From a virus, in the IMG/VR virus record IMGVR_UViG_3300045988_180675, positions 32,001 through 96,000 of that record: a DNA stretch of 64,000 bases. One strand, 5' to 3'. A program made the position numbers and the translations under genes. The notes below the pieces were generated by a model. That model saw only the letters and a list, made by a program, of their open reading frames with translations, searched no databases and had not been told where the DNA came from. Within the stretch, counting starts at the first letter, position 1; each line of letters starts with the position of its first letter. Below are positions 52,305 to 61,441 of this stretch, one piece after another.

Positions 52305-52916
52305 TTACTTCCAAGAAAATTCCATGCTTGGCTCTTTGGTATTTAATTTCAAAGAAATGCCACGTGACTCATAGAGCTTCTCAATTGTTTCTTTTAGCCA
52401 CTGGCTATGTCTGTCGTAGAGTGGGAATAAGCTACATCCACAATAATCCATTAAGGATTGTTTGCCGTTACTAACACCATCTGATGCTGCTTCTAATAGC
52501 TTTTCTTTGATCAATAAATCGGTATCATGAAGCATATTTGTTTTGATCGCAGTTTCGAATAGCTCGCTTGTCTCTTCTGACATATCGATCTTAAAATAAG
52601 CAGTGTTGCTACTTCCGACATCCATCAAATATAAGTTTTTTGCTCCAGTAACTTCCTTCATTGCCTGTACTAATTTGTAACGAATTAGTGGAGTGAGTTC
52701 ACTTCTTGATAAGTCTAATAAATCAATAGGAATCTGGAACATAATGTGATTTCGATAACACTTGCCTTCATACCTTTCCATCGCTTCATGGATTGAAAAT
52801 TCCTGATTTTTAATACACTTTTCTAATAGTGGTTTAAGCTTTGATGTTTTTTTTGCAGCCTTTCTTTCTGCCATTTCTTTTGTTTCTCGTAATTCATCTA
52901 AAAGGTTTAATGCCAT
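52305..52916 (-). CDS. Hypothetical protein downstream of secA
   Basis: 203-aa ORF, RBS AAGGAGGATATA. N-terminus LLDELRE.. resembles that of 51608-52189. Confidence 0.6.
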   Translation of the reverse strand: MALNLLDELRETKEMAERKAAKKTSKLKPLLEKCIKNQEFSIHEAMERYEGKCYRNHIMFQIPIDLLDLSRSELTPLIRYKLVQAMKEVTGAKNLYLMDVGSSNTAYFKIDMSEETSELFETAIKTNMLHDTDLLIKEKLLEAASDGVSNGKQSLMDYCGCSLFPLYDRHSQWLKETIEKLYESRGISLKLNTKEPSMEFSWK

Positions 52917-52937
52917 TTTATATATCCTCCTTGGCTC

Positions 52938-55427
52938 TTAGTCTAATTGCATCTTTGCAATGGAAATCTTCATGTGCTTATTGTTTGTCTTGACTTCTTC
53001 AATAATAGGTTCTTTTTCTTCTTGCTTTGGTTCTGGTGCAGGAACGAACACCTGAATATTGTACATTGTCTTGACTGTTTGAGCAATGATATTCATCATC
53101 ATTTCATTAAAGAGCTGATAGCCCAAACGCTTATATTCTAGCTTAGGATCCTTCTGACCATAAGCCTTGATACCAATCCATTGCTTTAACTGTTCCATAT
53201 CGTCTAAATGGATCTTCCAGTTTGTATCAATGATACGTAATAAAACCTGACGTTCTAATTGACGCATCTGCTCTGGATCTACAAAGAGAGCTTCTTTTTC
53301 TGCATAAACGTTCATTGCACGTTCTACAACTGCATTCAATACAGTCTCCTTGCTTGTTCCGATTAATTCTTCATTACGTACACATAAGTTTGGATAGATT
53401 GCATATAACTGGTTGTTTAAAGAATCGAACTCTTCTTTTGTTAGTTTCTTGCCATTCATGCTCTTTGAAACGATGCCATCAAGATGATCCTTGACCATGC
53501 CTGTGATTGTTGCGTACATGTTGCCCTTATCTAAGACCTTGTTGCGTTCTGCATAAATGATTTCACGCTGATGGTTGTTGACAATATCGTACTCTAAAAG
53601 ATTCTTACGGATGCCGTAGTTGTTATCTTCAATACGATGCTGAGCATCTGTAATAGCTGCCAACAAGATCTTGTTTGTGATCTCTTCTCCTATTGTATGA
53701 TTCTTTTCATAGATAGAGAAGTAGTCAGCAGAACCAAAACGCTTTACAAGATTATCTTCTAAAGATAGGTAGAAACGAGATTCACCTGGATCGCCTTGAC
53801 GACCTGAACGACCACGTAACTGATTATCAATACGACGAGATTCATGACGTTCTGTACCAATAATCTTTAAGCCGCCATTCGCCTTTGCTTCATCATCTAA
53901 CTTGATATCTGTACCACGACCAGCCATGTTTGTTGCAATCGTTACTGCTCCAGCAATACCTGCCTTAGCTACGATTTCAGCTTCCTTGGAGTCATTCTTT
54001 GCATTTAATACTGTATGTGGAATACCACGCTTAGATAATGCACGGTCTAAAAGTTCAGAAACATCAATACTAGCTGTACCAACTAATACTGGCTGACGCT
54101 TCTTATAAGCCTTTTCTACTTCATTGCAGATTGCTTCATATTTTTCCTTCTTTGTTAAGAAAACAACGTCAGTTAGATCCTTACGAATAACTGGCTGATG
54201 AGTAGGAACTGCAACTACATCCATACCATAGATATCTTGGAATTCCTTTTCTTCTGTAATCGCTGTACCTGTCATACCAGCCTTCTTTTCATACTTGTTA
54301 AAGAAATTCTGGAATGTTACAGTTGCTAAAGTTTGGTTTTCCTCTTTGATTTCAACGCCTTCCTTTGCTTCGATAGCTTGGTGCAAGCCATCAGAGAAAC
54401 GACGACCGTCCATTACACGTCCTGTAAATTCATCAACGATCATAACTTCGCCATCACGAACAATGTAGTGTTCATCCTTGTGCATTAGGTAGTTTGCACG
54501 TAATGCAGTGTTGATGCAGTGCTGTAATTCAATATTTGTTGAATCAGAAAGATTCTCGATTGCAAAGACCTTTTCAGCCTTCTTGATTCCATTTTCTGTT
54601 AAAGTGATGACTTGATCCTTTTCATCCTTGATATAGTCACCTGTTTCTTCATACTTTTCGCCCATCAAAGAGTCGATCTTGCTGAATTCCTTAGCCTTAC
54701 CACAAACCAAAGACTTAACGAACATGTCGGCATGCTTGTATAACTCTGTTGACTTTCCACTGCCACCAGAAATAATAAGTGGAGTACGTGCTTCGTCGAT
54801 TAAAACGGAGTCAACTTCATCCATGATAACATAGTGTAAGCCACGCTGAACTCTATCAGCTGCTTCCGTAGCCATGTTGTCACGCAAATAGTCAAAACCT
54901 AATTCGTTATTTGTAATGTATGTAATATCTGAACCGTATGCAATCTGACGCTCCAAAGGGGATGAATAGTTTAATACTACACCTACAGTTAAGCCTAAAA
55001 ACTCGTGTACTTTGCCCATTTGCTCTGCATCACGAGATGCTAAGTAATCATTTACTGTTACGACATGCACACCCTTTCCTGTCAAAGCATTCAAGTAGGC
55101 TGGCATCGTTGAAACCAGTGTCTTACCCTGTCCAGTTGCAAGCTCACCGATTCTTCCTTGGTGTAATAAAATACCGCACATCACCTGCTCATCGTATGGG
55201 AACATGCCTAAAACACGACGGTCAGCTTCACGTACCACGGCAAATGCCTCTGGTAAGATCTTGTCTAACTTTTCGCCATTTTCAATTCTCTTTTTGAATT
55301 CGTTTGTCTTCTGCTTTAGTTCTTCGTCTGATAATAATGTAATCTTCTTTCCAAACTTCTCAATCTTCTTTAAGGTTGGCTTTAACTTCTTGATTTCTTT
55401 TTCACTTTTTGTTTTAAATAACTTCAT
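52938..55427 (-). CDS. secA: SecA-family preprotein translocase ATPase (accessory, SecA2-like copy; no C-terminal zinc finger)
   Basis: 829 aa. ...FAVVREADRRVLGMFPYDEQVMCGILLHQGRIGELATGQGKTLV...VVTVNDYLASRDAE..., DEVDSVLIDEARTPLIISG, TNMAGRGTDI. Promoter TTGTAA (55521-55526), 17 nt, TATAAT (55498-55503). Confidence 0.9.
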   Translation of the reverse strand: MKLFKTKSEKEIKKLKPTLKKIEKFGKKITLLSDEELKQKTNEFKKRIENGEKLDKILPEAFAVVREADRRVLGMFPYDEQVMCGILLHQGRIGELATGQGKTLVSTMPAYLNALTGKGVHVVTVNDYLASRDAEQMGKVHEFLGLTVGVVLNYSSPLERQIAYGSDITYITNNELGFDYLRDNMATEAADRVQRGLHYVIMDEVDSVLIDEARTPLIISGGSGKSTELYKHADMFVKSLVCGKAKEFSKIDSLMGEKYEETGDYIKDEKDQVITLTENGIKKAEKVFAIENLSDSTNIELQHCINTALRANYLMHKDEHYIVRDGEVMIVDEFTGRVMDGRRFSDGLHQAIEAKEGVEIKEENQTLATVTFQNFFNKYEKKAGMTGTAITEEKEFQDIYGMDVVAVPTHQPVIRKDLTDVVFLTKKEKYEAICNEVEKAYKKRQPVLVGTASIDVSELLDRALSKRGIPHTVLNAKNDSKEAEIVAKAGIAGAVTIATNMAGRGTDIKLDDEAKANGGLKIIGTERHESRRIDNQLRGRSGRQGDPGESRFYLSLEDNLVKRFGSADYFSIYEKNHTIGEEITNKILLAAITDAQHRIEDNNYGIRKNLLEYDIVNNHQREIIYAERNKVLDKGNMYATITGMVKDHLDGIVSKSMNGKKLTKEEFDSLNNQLYAIYPNLCVRNEELIGTSKETVLNAVVERAMNVYAEKEALFVDPEQMRQLERQVLLRIIDTNWKIHLDDMEQLKQWIGIKAYGQKDPKLEYKRLGYQLFNEMMMNIIAQTVKTMYNIQVFVPAPEPKQEEKEPIIEEVKTNNKHMKISIAKMQLD

Positions 55428-55550
55428 ATATAATCTCCTTTTCTTGTATACTGTTTAGGAATCTTTTGCCCTAAATCTCTTCTTTCTTTATATACTTATT
55501 ATAGCATAACAGTATGATTTTTACAAGTCTTTCCTATTCTTTTCAACAAA

Positions 55551-55680
55551 TAAAAAAGAGCCGAAATTATATCGGCTCTAACGAAAGTGTGCCTTATAGC
55601 ACTGTAGAAAAAAGAGTGGTACTGAGAAAACAAGAACACTTTACAGTGTTTTGCAAAATGGGATATGTTCCGTTTTGCTT
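55551..55680 (-). ncRNA. Candidate sRNA between the primase terminator and the secA promoter
   Basis: Minus-strand promoter TTGATA (55710-55715), 17 nt, TAGAAT (55687-55692). Terminator GAGCCGA (55558-55564) / TCGGCTC (55572-55578) plus T-run. Internal hairpin AACACT-GTAA-AGTGTT. No RBS-preceded ORF. Confidence 0.3.
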
Positions 55681-55741
55681 AATTACATTCTATTCTTTTT
55701 GCCTTTATTTATCAACAAAAAAAGCCAAGAAATCATCTTGG

Positions 55742-57352
55742 CTATTTTTTTAGTGGTAATTGATACATTGCTGCTAATACATTCGAAAGGTCATGGTTGA
55801 ACTTCGTTCTTGTATCAGGTGACATCTTATTATAAGAATCAACGTGATACAGATCCAGCAACATGCTAAAACGTTCTTCGTAGATAGCCTTGAACTCATC
55901 AAACTTTATTGACTTTAATAAAGCTCTATAGTTTCTATTCTGAAGTATCAGATCATCAAAGCCTTTCCCATATTCTTCACGCCACGTAAGAACAAATGGG
56001 TCCAACCCTAATTCTTTTAGAGCTTCTGATAAAGCACTTAATTGTCTGTAAACAGAACTATTTTGTAGTACATCTGCATCAAACATTAAGAATGCTTTAT
56101 TTCGAGAGCCTTTTATAGACTTCAGCATTGGAATAATAGAACTCCAAGAGCTTACTCCAGAAACATAGATTGCAATGTTTCCAGCCTTGGCAATTGCTTC
56201 AGCCTTGAATCGACCTTCTGTAATACAAATGGATGATTTATCCGTCATGGATTTTGGATAAATGATTCCACCTGGAGATCCAGAACTAGCTCCACCATAA
56301 ATACCAGCTTCTCCATTTAAGGAGGCTGATGAAAACCATGTGTAGCGAGGAGCATTATCGCTCTTTTTGTATGCTCTTATCTGGATTCCTACGCATTTTC
56401 CGTTTTCGTCTTTTGCCATGATCCCAATTCCAGCTCTGCCTGTAAATTTTACTCGTCTTGAATTGATATCAAGGTAGAATCCTGGAACTAAAGGCATCTG
56501 TTTTACGATCTTATTTAGAAGCTCATGTTTTTTGAAAGCTTCTTTTTCTTCTCTTGTAAGTTCCTCAAACTTCTTCTTAAAAGATTCATAAGCAAATCTA
56601 TCTCTGATCAGCTTGAACATACGTCTTACAAAAGTGCTACTGTGATCACTTCCCTCTGTTACTGGGAATGTAAAGTAGTTTTTTAGATCTTCTTCACATA
56701 GACCTCTTGTGGTAATCAGATGTTCACGGTCTTTTGGTGAAAGCCCAGATACAAGTGCCATAGCTGAATATACAATGTGGATCACATCGGGATCAGCCTT
56801 TGGAGCCTCGGTTTGGTTGATTGCAACATTTTCCTGAGACTTAACTGCATCGAAGTTTACCTTGATGGCATTTTTATTCTTATATTCTTCTTTGGATATA
56901 TAGCCCATTCGATAACATAAGTGATAAACTGCATCATTAAATTTTGTAATACCGTAAAATCTCATTTCGAAATCAATTGTTGACTTTCCAAAACCATCTG
57001 TAAAGCAATACCACATCGCTTTGCTTGGTGTAATTACAAAAGAACCAGGGACCTGATCGCCATGGAACGGACATAACGCATAAGCATTTTGTCCTTTCTT
57101 TGGTGATACTGCCAAAATAGCTTCTTTTGAAAATGGAACCATTTTCTTATTGTGATCATAAATTGGGGTTAGCCCGAATTTCATCACAGCCGTAGTATAT
57201 GGATCGCTTGAAGTTGAAACTTCATTATAGATCTCATCTGCTGTTGCATCTGGATAATTTTTACTAGCTGTTGCTATTACCCATTGAACAGGGGCTTTTT
57301 TGGCGAGTGTCATTAGTTCGCCAATTTTTCCTTTCTCCCATTTCTTCATCAT
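55742..57352 (-). CDS. DnaG-like primase: degenerate CHC2 zinc-finger region plus Toprim domain
   Basis: CPFHGDQVPGSFVITPSKAMWYCFTDGFG (CHC2-like, second Cys pair lost). ICITEGRFKAEAIA ... FLMFDADV (Toprim E and DxD). The second ATG (57349) has better RBS spacing. Confidence 0.75.
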   Translation of the reverse strand: MMKKWEKGKIGELMTLAKKAPVQWVIATASKNYPDATADEIYNEVSTSSDPYTTAVMKFGLTPIYDHNKKMVPFSKEAILAVSPKKGQNAYALCPFHGDQVPGSFVITPSKAMWYCFTDGFGKSTIDFEMRFYGITKFNDAVYHLCYRMGYISKEEYKNKNAIKVNFDAVKSQENVAINQTEAPKADPDVIHIVYSAMALVSGLSPKDREHLITTRGLCEEDLKNYFTFPVTEGSDHSSTFVRRMFKLIRDRFAYESFKKKFEELTREEKEAFKKHELLNKIVKQMPLVPGFYLDINSRRVKFTGRAGIGIMAKDENGKCVGIQIRAYKKSDNAPRYTWFSSASLNGEAGIYGGASSGSPGGIIYPKSMTDKSSICITEGRFKAEAIAKAGNIAIYVSGVSSWSSIIPMLKSIKGSRNKAFLMFDADVLQNSSVYRQLSALSEALKELGLDPFVLTWREEYGKGFDDLILQNRNYRALLKSIKFDEFKAIYEERFSMLLDLYHVDSYNKMSPDTRTKFNHDLSNVLAAMYQLPLKK

Positions 57353-57482
57353 TTTCCTCCTTTTTTTTTATACAAATATATATACTATCATTTGATCTCC
57401 ATGTCATCAAACAATTCACATATATAATGCAATAAAACAAGAAATAAAAAAAAGGCTATATTGTTATATAGCTTTTCCTTAT

Positions 57483-57665
57483 TTAGATTACTTTTGGAAA
57501 CACTTGTTCTGTCTTTGCAGTAATGATACGCCACACTTTTTCAGCATTCTTCTCAAATGCTTGTAAGAATCTAGCTTCATTGTGTACTGCCTTTTTATTT
57601 TTGGATTCACACAATAAGACATATTTCCCTGTGTTTTTGTTGTAGCTGTAGAGACCGTACTTCAT
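57483..57665 (-). CDS. Small hypothetical protein
   Basis: 60-aa ORF. Terminator at 57451-57478. Confidence 0.5.
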   Translation of the reverse strand: MKYGLYSYNKNTGKYVLLCESKNKKAVHNEARFLQAFEKNAEKVWRIITAKTEQVFPKVI

Positions 57666-57667
57666 TT

Positions 57668-57985
57668 TTATTTTCCTCCATTTGTTCTTTCTTTTAATTC
57701 TTTTTCGATTTCTTGAATTGCTTCTAAGAACTCGATCTTTGATGTTACTTTTCTTTGCATTGCAAACGCTTCTACTTCAGAACGAAGTGCAACGTGGCGT
57801 AATGCACAAGCATTAATAAAACAAACATCTGCATACTTCTTTTGAGTTGCAGAAAGACGGATCATCAGGTCGTATCCGATTTCTTTTGAACCCCATACAA
57901 CAATCGTATTGTTGCTTTCCGTAACTGTTTTAACAGCCTTGTAACCTTCATCACGAAGGTATCCTTCAGTCATAGTGACTTTCAT
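57668..57985 (-). CDS. Hypothetical protein
   Basis: 105-aa ORF, RBS AAAGGAGGAAAATTAAAAA. Confidence 0.55.
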   Translation of the reverse strand: MKVTMTEGYLRDEGYKAVKTVTESNNTIVVWGSKEIGYDLMIRLSATQKKYADVCFINACALRHVALRSEVEAFAMQRKVTSKIEFLEAIQEIEKELKERTNGGK

Positions 57986-57988
57986 TTT

Positions 57989-58204
57989 TTAATTTTCCTC
58001 CTTTTCGTACAATGCCTTTGTTTCTTCCGTCATGTAATAACGGTTCTTCTTGGAACAGTTTGACTCTAAAACGATCGCATCATCTAATATCTCTATTACA
58101 TGACATTTGAGTTTTAGATCTTCCGCATGGAAATAACCATGTTTGGATAATAGCTTGCCTGCATGATAGATGAACTTGTCGCCGATTTTACAATTGATAA
58201 GCAT
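57989..58204 (-). CDS. Small hypothetical protein
   Basis: Start moved to MLINCKIGDKF (ATG 58204, RBS GAAGAGGTGG) to reduce the overlap with the upstream gene to 17 nt. Confidence 0.45.
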   Translation of the reverse strand: MLINCKIGDKFIYHAGKLLSKHGYFHAEDLKLKCHVIEILDDAIVLESNCSKKNRYYMTEETKALYEKEEN

Positions 58205-58520
58205 TTGCCACCTCTTCGATCGGTAAGATCTTATCCTTGTATTTAGCGACATTTACGCCTTTTACGGTCGTAAGCAATCCAAAATCATTAGAGTTCTCGA
58301 TGATTTCAGCATCTTTTTCCGATACTTCGCAGAATGTAAAACCAAAAGTGTCAATAATTTCGATATCTGATGCACCCTCATACTCACATTCTTCATCTTC
58401 TGTGATAATGTTACAAATATGATCAACCATCATATCGATCATCCCTTTTGGATCTGTTCCAGTCATTCCAGCCTTAAAGCCATCCATTTGTAGATCATAC
58501 ACTGCAAAAAACTTTTTCAT
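58188..58520 (-). CDS. Highly acidic small protein
   Basis: 110 aa, rich in D/E (EDEECEYEGASDIEIIDTFG..., SEKDAEIIENSNDF). RBS ATAGGAGGAAAATTAT. The P-C motif lies upstream. Confidence 0.55.
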   Translation of the reverse strand: MKKFFAVYDLQMDGFKAGMTGTDPKGMIDMMVDHICNIITEDEECEYEGASDIEIIDTFGFTFCEVSEKDAEIIENSNDFGLLTTVKGVNVAKYKDKILPIEEVANAYQL

Positions 58521-58633
58521 ATAATTTTCCTCCTATGTCTGTTTTCTCCATGTTATCAGACTATTTATACATATATTTTGTAATATGAACAGAAAATAAA
58601 AAAGAGGACTTATTAATCCTCTTTTAATTTTCT

Positions 58634-59245
58634 TTAAAATGGTAAGTCGTCTGCACCTAAGTTAAGACCATATTCTGGCATTGGCTGTGGCTGACTAGGT
58701 TGAGCCATTGGTACAGGCTGTTGATACGGCTGCTGCATTGGTTGTGGAGCAACTTGTGGCTGTGGTTGATACATTGGCTGTGCAGGTTGTTGATACTGTG
58801 GCTGTGGTACGGCTTGAACCTGTGGTTGAGGAATTGGCTGTTGATACTGTTGTTGAGCAACATAAGGATCATACTGTGGTGCCTGTTGAGCTACTGGTTG
58901 AGCCTGTTTGTACTTCTGATTTGTTTCCTTGCTTTCTACAAACTCCTGGGATTCAACAATAACTTCTGTTACATATACATTCTTTTGTGTAGTCTTATCA
59001 ATGTATGTGCGTGTACTTAATCGACCTACGACTGCTAACTTGATTCCCTTCGCAAATGCTTGGGCGGCAAATTCTGCCATCTTGTCAAAACATACACAAC
59101 TAATAAAGTCTGCGGCTGTACCTTCTTGATCCTTTTGTCGAGGACGGTCTACTGCGATCGTATAATTACAGATCTTCTTCTGATTTTGTGTAACGTATAA
59201 CTGTGGATCACGAGATAGTCGTCCGATTAAAATAACCTTGTTCAT
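58634..59245 (-). CDS. ssb: Canonical single-stranded DNA-binding protein
   Basis: MNKVILIGRLSRDPQL...AADFISCVCFDKMAEF...GIKLAVVGRLSTRTY, a Q/P-rich tail and terminal DDLPF. Promoter TTGACA (59308-59313), 17 nt, TAGTAT (59285-59290). Confidence 0.9.
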   Translation of the reverse strand: MNKVILIGRLSRDPQLYVTQNQKKICNYTIAVDRPRQKDQEGTAADFISCVCFDKMAEFAAQAFAKGIKLAVVGRLSTRTYIDKTTQKNVYVTEVIVESQEFVESKETNQKYKQAQPVAQQAPQYDPYVAQQQYQQPIPQPQVQAVPQPQYQQPAQPMYQPQPQVAPQPMQQPYQQPVPMAQPSQPQPMPEYGLNLGADDLPF

Positions 59246-59351
59246 GTTCTTTTCTCCTTTATAGGTATTCCTATTGATACATATATACTATCATAACAGT
59301 ATGCATGTGTCAAGAAGAAAAGAAAAGCGTACCATTTGGCACGCTCTTTTT

Positions 59352-60167
59352 TTAATTTTCCAACCAACTATCGCCACTATTGTAGTCGATTGTTACTCCT
59401 GGCTGCACATTGTAACAGAAGATGTTAAACATAACAGATTCTCCCTTATCCTCTAAAGACATTGCTTCCATTAAGACTCCTCTAGCTACAAGTTCATCTC
59501 CTATAAAAATAGGTGTTACTCTGTATGCTATATGAGAATTTGGATTTGCCTTTAGATATCCTGCGATCAGGTTTTCAAAAGGTAACATTCCATCTACATT
59601 TAGATATCTTGTTCCAGTGATCAAGTTCTTTGGATTTGCATTTTCACCTGTTAATTGATAACCAATAAGGTGACAACGATTATATAAATACTTTCCATTT
59701 ACAAAATCATACTTCGCAATCTTCCAACCTGTTGGCTTGACTTCCTTGATAGAGCCACGAGGCTCTGTAGGCATGATATCTTTACCGATAATGGCAAATG
59801 TTTCTGTACATCTTCCAAGCCGATCAAGTTCTCCATAAGTAGCATAGCTTGTATACTCCTTTGGAACCATGTAATCATCGTAGAAGTATGGTTTGTTATC
59901 ATTGACAACGGTATAAGGCTCCCCAGAAAATTCTGGTAGAGAACTATAGTCGAATGTCGATGGTTCAGAAGATGTTTTTTCTTCCGCCTGCTTTTCAACC
60001 TGCTTTTCTTCTACGGTATTTTCACTTTCTTTTTCTTGGATCGGTGCTAATCTTTCTTTCTTGTCTTCCTTATCTAACACGTATGTTTTTGTGATATATG
60101 CTAATAATAAAGAAATAACAAGAAAGAAAATCTTGGAAATGAATCTGTTTCTTCTATACTTTCTCAT
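59352..60167 (-). CDS. Membrane-anchored DNA/RNA non-specific endonuclease (EndA/NucA-like)
   Basis: N-terminal TM anchor IFFLVISLLLAYI. ...YGELDRLGRC...KPTGW...YLYNRCHLIGYQLTGENANPKNLITGTRYLN matches the DNA-entry-nuclease family pattern. Confidence 0.8.
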   Translation of the reverse strand: MRKYRRNRFISKIFFLVISLLLAYITKTYVLDKEDKKERLAPIQEKESENTVEEKQVEKQAEEKTSSEPSTFDYSSLPEFSGEPYTVVNDNKPYFYDDYMVPKEYTSYATYGELDRLGRCTETFAIIGKDIMPTEPRGSIKEVKPTGWKIAKYDFVNGKYLYNRCHLIGYQLTGENANPKNLITGTRYLNVDGMLPFENLIAGYLKANPNSHIAYRVTPIFIGDELVARGVLMEAMSLEDKGESVMFNIFCYNVQPGVTIDYNSGDSWLEN

Positions 60168-60169
60168 TT

Positions 60170-60607
60170 TTAATTTTCCTCTCTTTTAAACACTAATTTC
60201 TTAACAACGCAATCGAAATTGTGATCTTCTACGACTTCTTCTTCATAGAAACAAAATTTGTTGCTAGGCAAAACTACACGCTTATCTGATGGCAGTTTTT
60301 GATCAACACAATATAGTATTACATCAGAACAATCTTCAATGTATCTCTTGTAATCTTCTGTTAGATCAATCAGAAATACATCATCGTCTTTTCCTAACTG
60401 ATCTGATGTGCTTACGATAAGCTTTGTCTTTTGTTTTGGGTTGATTTCTAAGACTGTAAAGAATAATTTGCTTTTCGCTGCAAAACATAAAGTTTCGTTT
60501 GCGTTTAAATCATTTAACATTCTTTCAATCAACTTCTTATCAAAAATAATTTCTCTGTTGTTAAACGTATAGCCACCGACTTTATCACATAAGGCAATCA
60601 TTTTCAT
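60170..60607 (-). CDS. Hypothetical cytoplasmic protein between the kinase and nuclease genes
   Basis: 145-aa ORF, coupled at both ends (ATGA overlap upstream; stop 2 nt from the nuclease ATG). Confidence 0.6.
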   Translation of the reverse strand: MKMIALCDKVGGYTFNNREIIFDKKLIERMLNDLNANETLCFAAKSKLFFTVLEINPKQKTKLIVSTSDQLGKDDDVFLIDLTEDYKRYIEDCSDVILYCVDQKLPSDKRVVLPSNKFCFYEEEVVEDHNFDCVVKKLVFKREEN

Positions 60608-61155
60608 AAATTGCCCTCCTTTATGATTTTGTTGATAAACTCCGCAGCCTGTTTAGGAGATAATACATCTAAGATAACCATATTTGCTAGTTCCTCTGCT
60701 TCAGCAAAATCGTTTCTGTCTGCCATAAGTCTTCTTGTTGCTTCAGCTGGATCATCACCACGCTTTTTAAGGCGTTCTAATAGCGTTTCTTCGCCTACTT
60801 TAATATAGACGATACAGATATCATTTTTATCATTTGTCGCCGCCAGAACGCTTCTGACGCCGTTTGGAGTAAGGACGATGCACTCATCTCCTTCTCTTTC
60901 GTAAGCTTCTTTTCTGCTTCCATAGTACCAACGACCATAGATGGTATCGAAATAATCGTATTCTGCATACTCTCTCTTTCTGATATTATCTATAAAATCC
61001 TTTGGTGCAATGAAGTTGTAGTCGATTCCATTCTGTTCGCCTTCACGCATTGGGCGTGTGGTGTCTGTGATGATACGGGAATATCCTAGCTTTTCTAGTT
61101 CCTTGGCAACGCTAGTCTTCCCCGCACCTGTTTTTCCGATCAAAATTACTTTCAT
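60604..61155 (-). CDS. Guanylate kinase-like (d)NMP kinase
   Basis: Start at MKVILIGKTGAGKTS (P-loop). ITDTTRPMREGEQNGIDYNFI matches TTRxxRxGExxGxxYxF. Confidence 0.8.
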   Translation of the reverse strand: MKVILIGKTGAGKTSVAKELEKLGYSRIITDTTRPMREGEQNGIDYNFIAPKDFIDNIRKREYAEYDYFDTIYGRWYYGSRKEAYEREGDECIVLTPNGVRSVLAATNDKNDICIVYIKVGEETLLERLKKRGDDPAEATRRLMADRNDFAEAEELANMVILDVLSPKQAAEFINKIIKEGNL

Positions 61156-61169
61156 TTTATTTTCCTCCT

Positions 61170-61328
61170 TTACCATTCTGCATTTTTGATCAAGAGCTTT
61201 TCACGTCTACGTGAATACTCCTTTTTGCTATGAAACACAGCGGAACGAGTCGTTCTGACTCTTGGTCTTGTGTGTTTGATAGCATCAAGCATCATTTGTT
61301 TTGATGCTTCAACATATTTTCTTTTCAT
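61170..61328 (-). CDS. Small basic protein (52 aa, not in ORF track)
   Basis: RBS AAAGGAGGAAAATTAT. Product MKRKYVEASKQMMLDAIKHTRPRVRTTRSAVFHSKKEYSRRREKLLIKNAEW. First gene after a P-C motif. Confidence 0.5.
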   Translation of the reverse strand: MKRKYVEASKQMMLDAIKHTRPRVRTTRSAVFHSKKEYSRRREKLLIKNAEW

Positions 61329-61441
61329 ATAATTTTCCTCCTTTGGCTTTCTTGCCCCATGTCATCATACTAAAGAACACTATTATTGTGCTATAAAGAT
61401 GGCAAAAAGAAAAGCTGCTATATAAGCAGCTGATCTTTTCT

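Noticed and set aside
58657-59129. Alternative ORFs 58657-58872 (-), 58700-59020 (+), 58708-58962 (+) and 58929-59129 (+)
   Set aside because: All overlap the canonical ssb gene. They arise from the repetitive CAG/CAA/CCA codons of its Q/P-rich tail read in other frames or strands.
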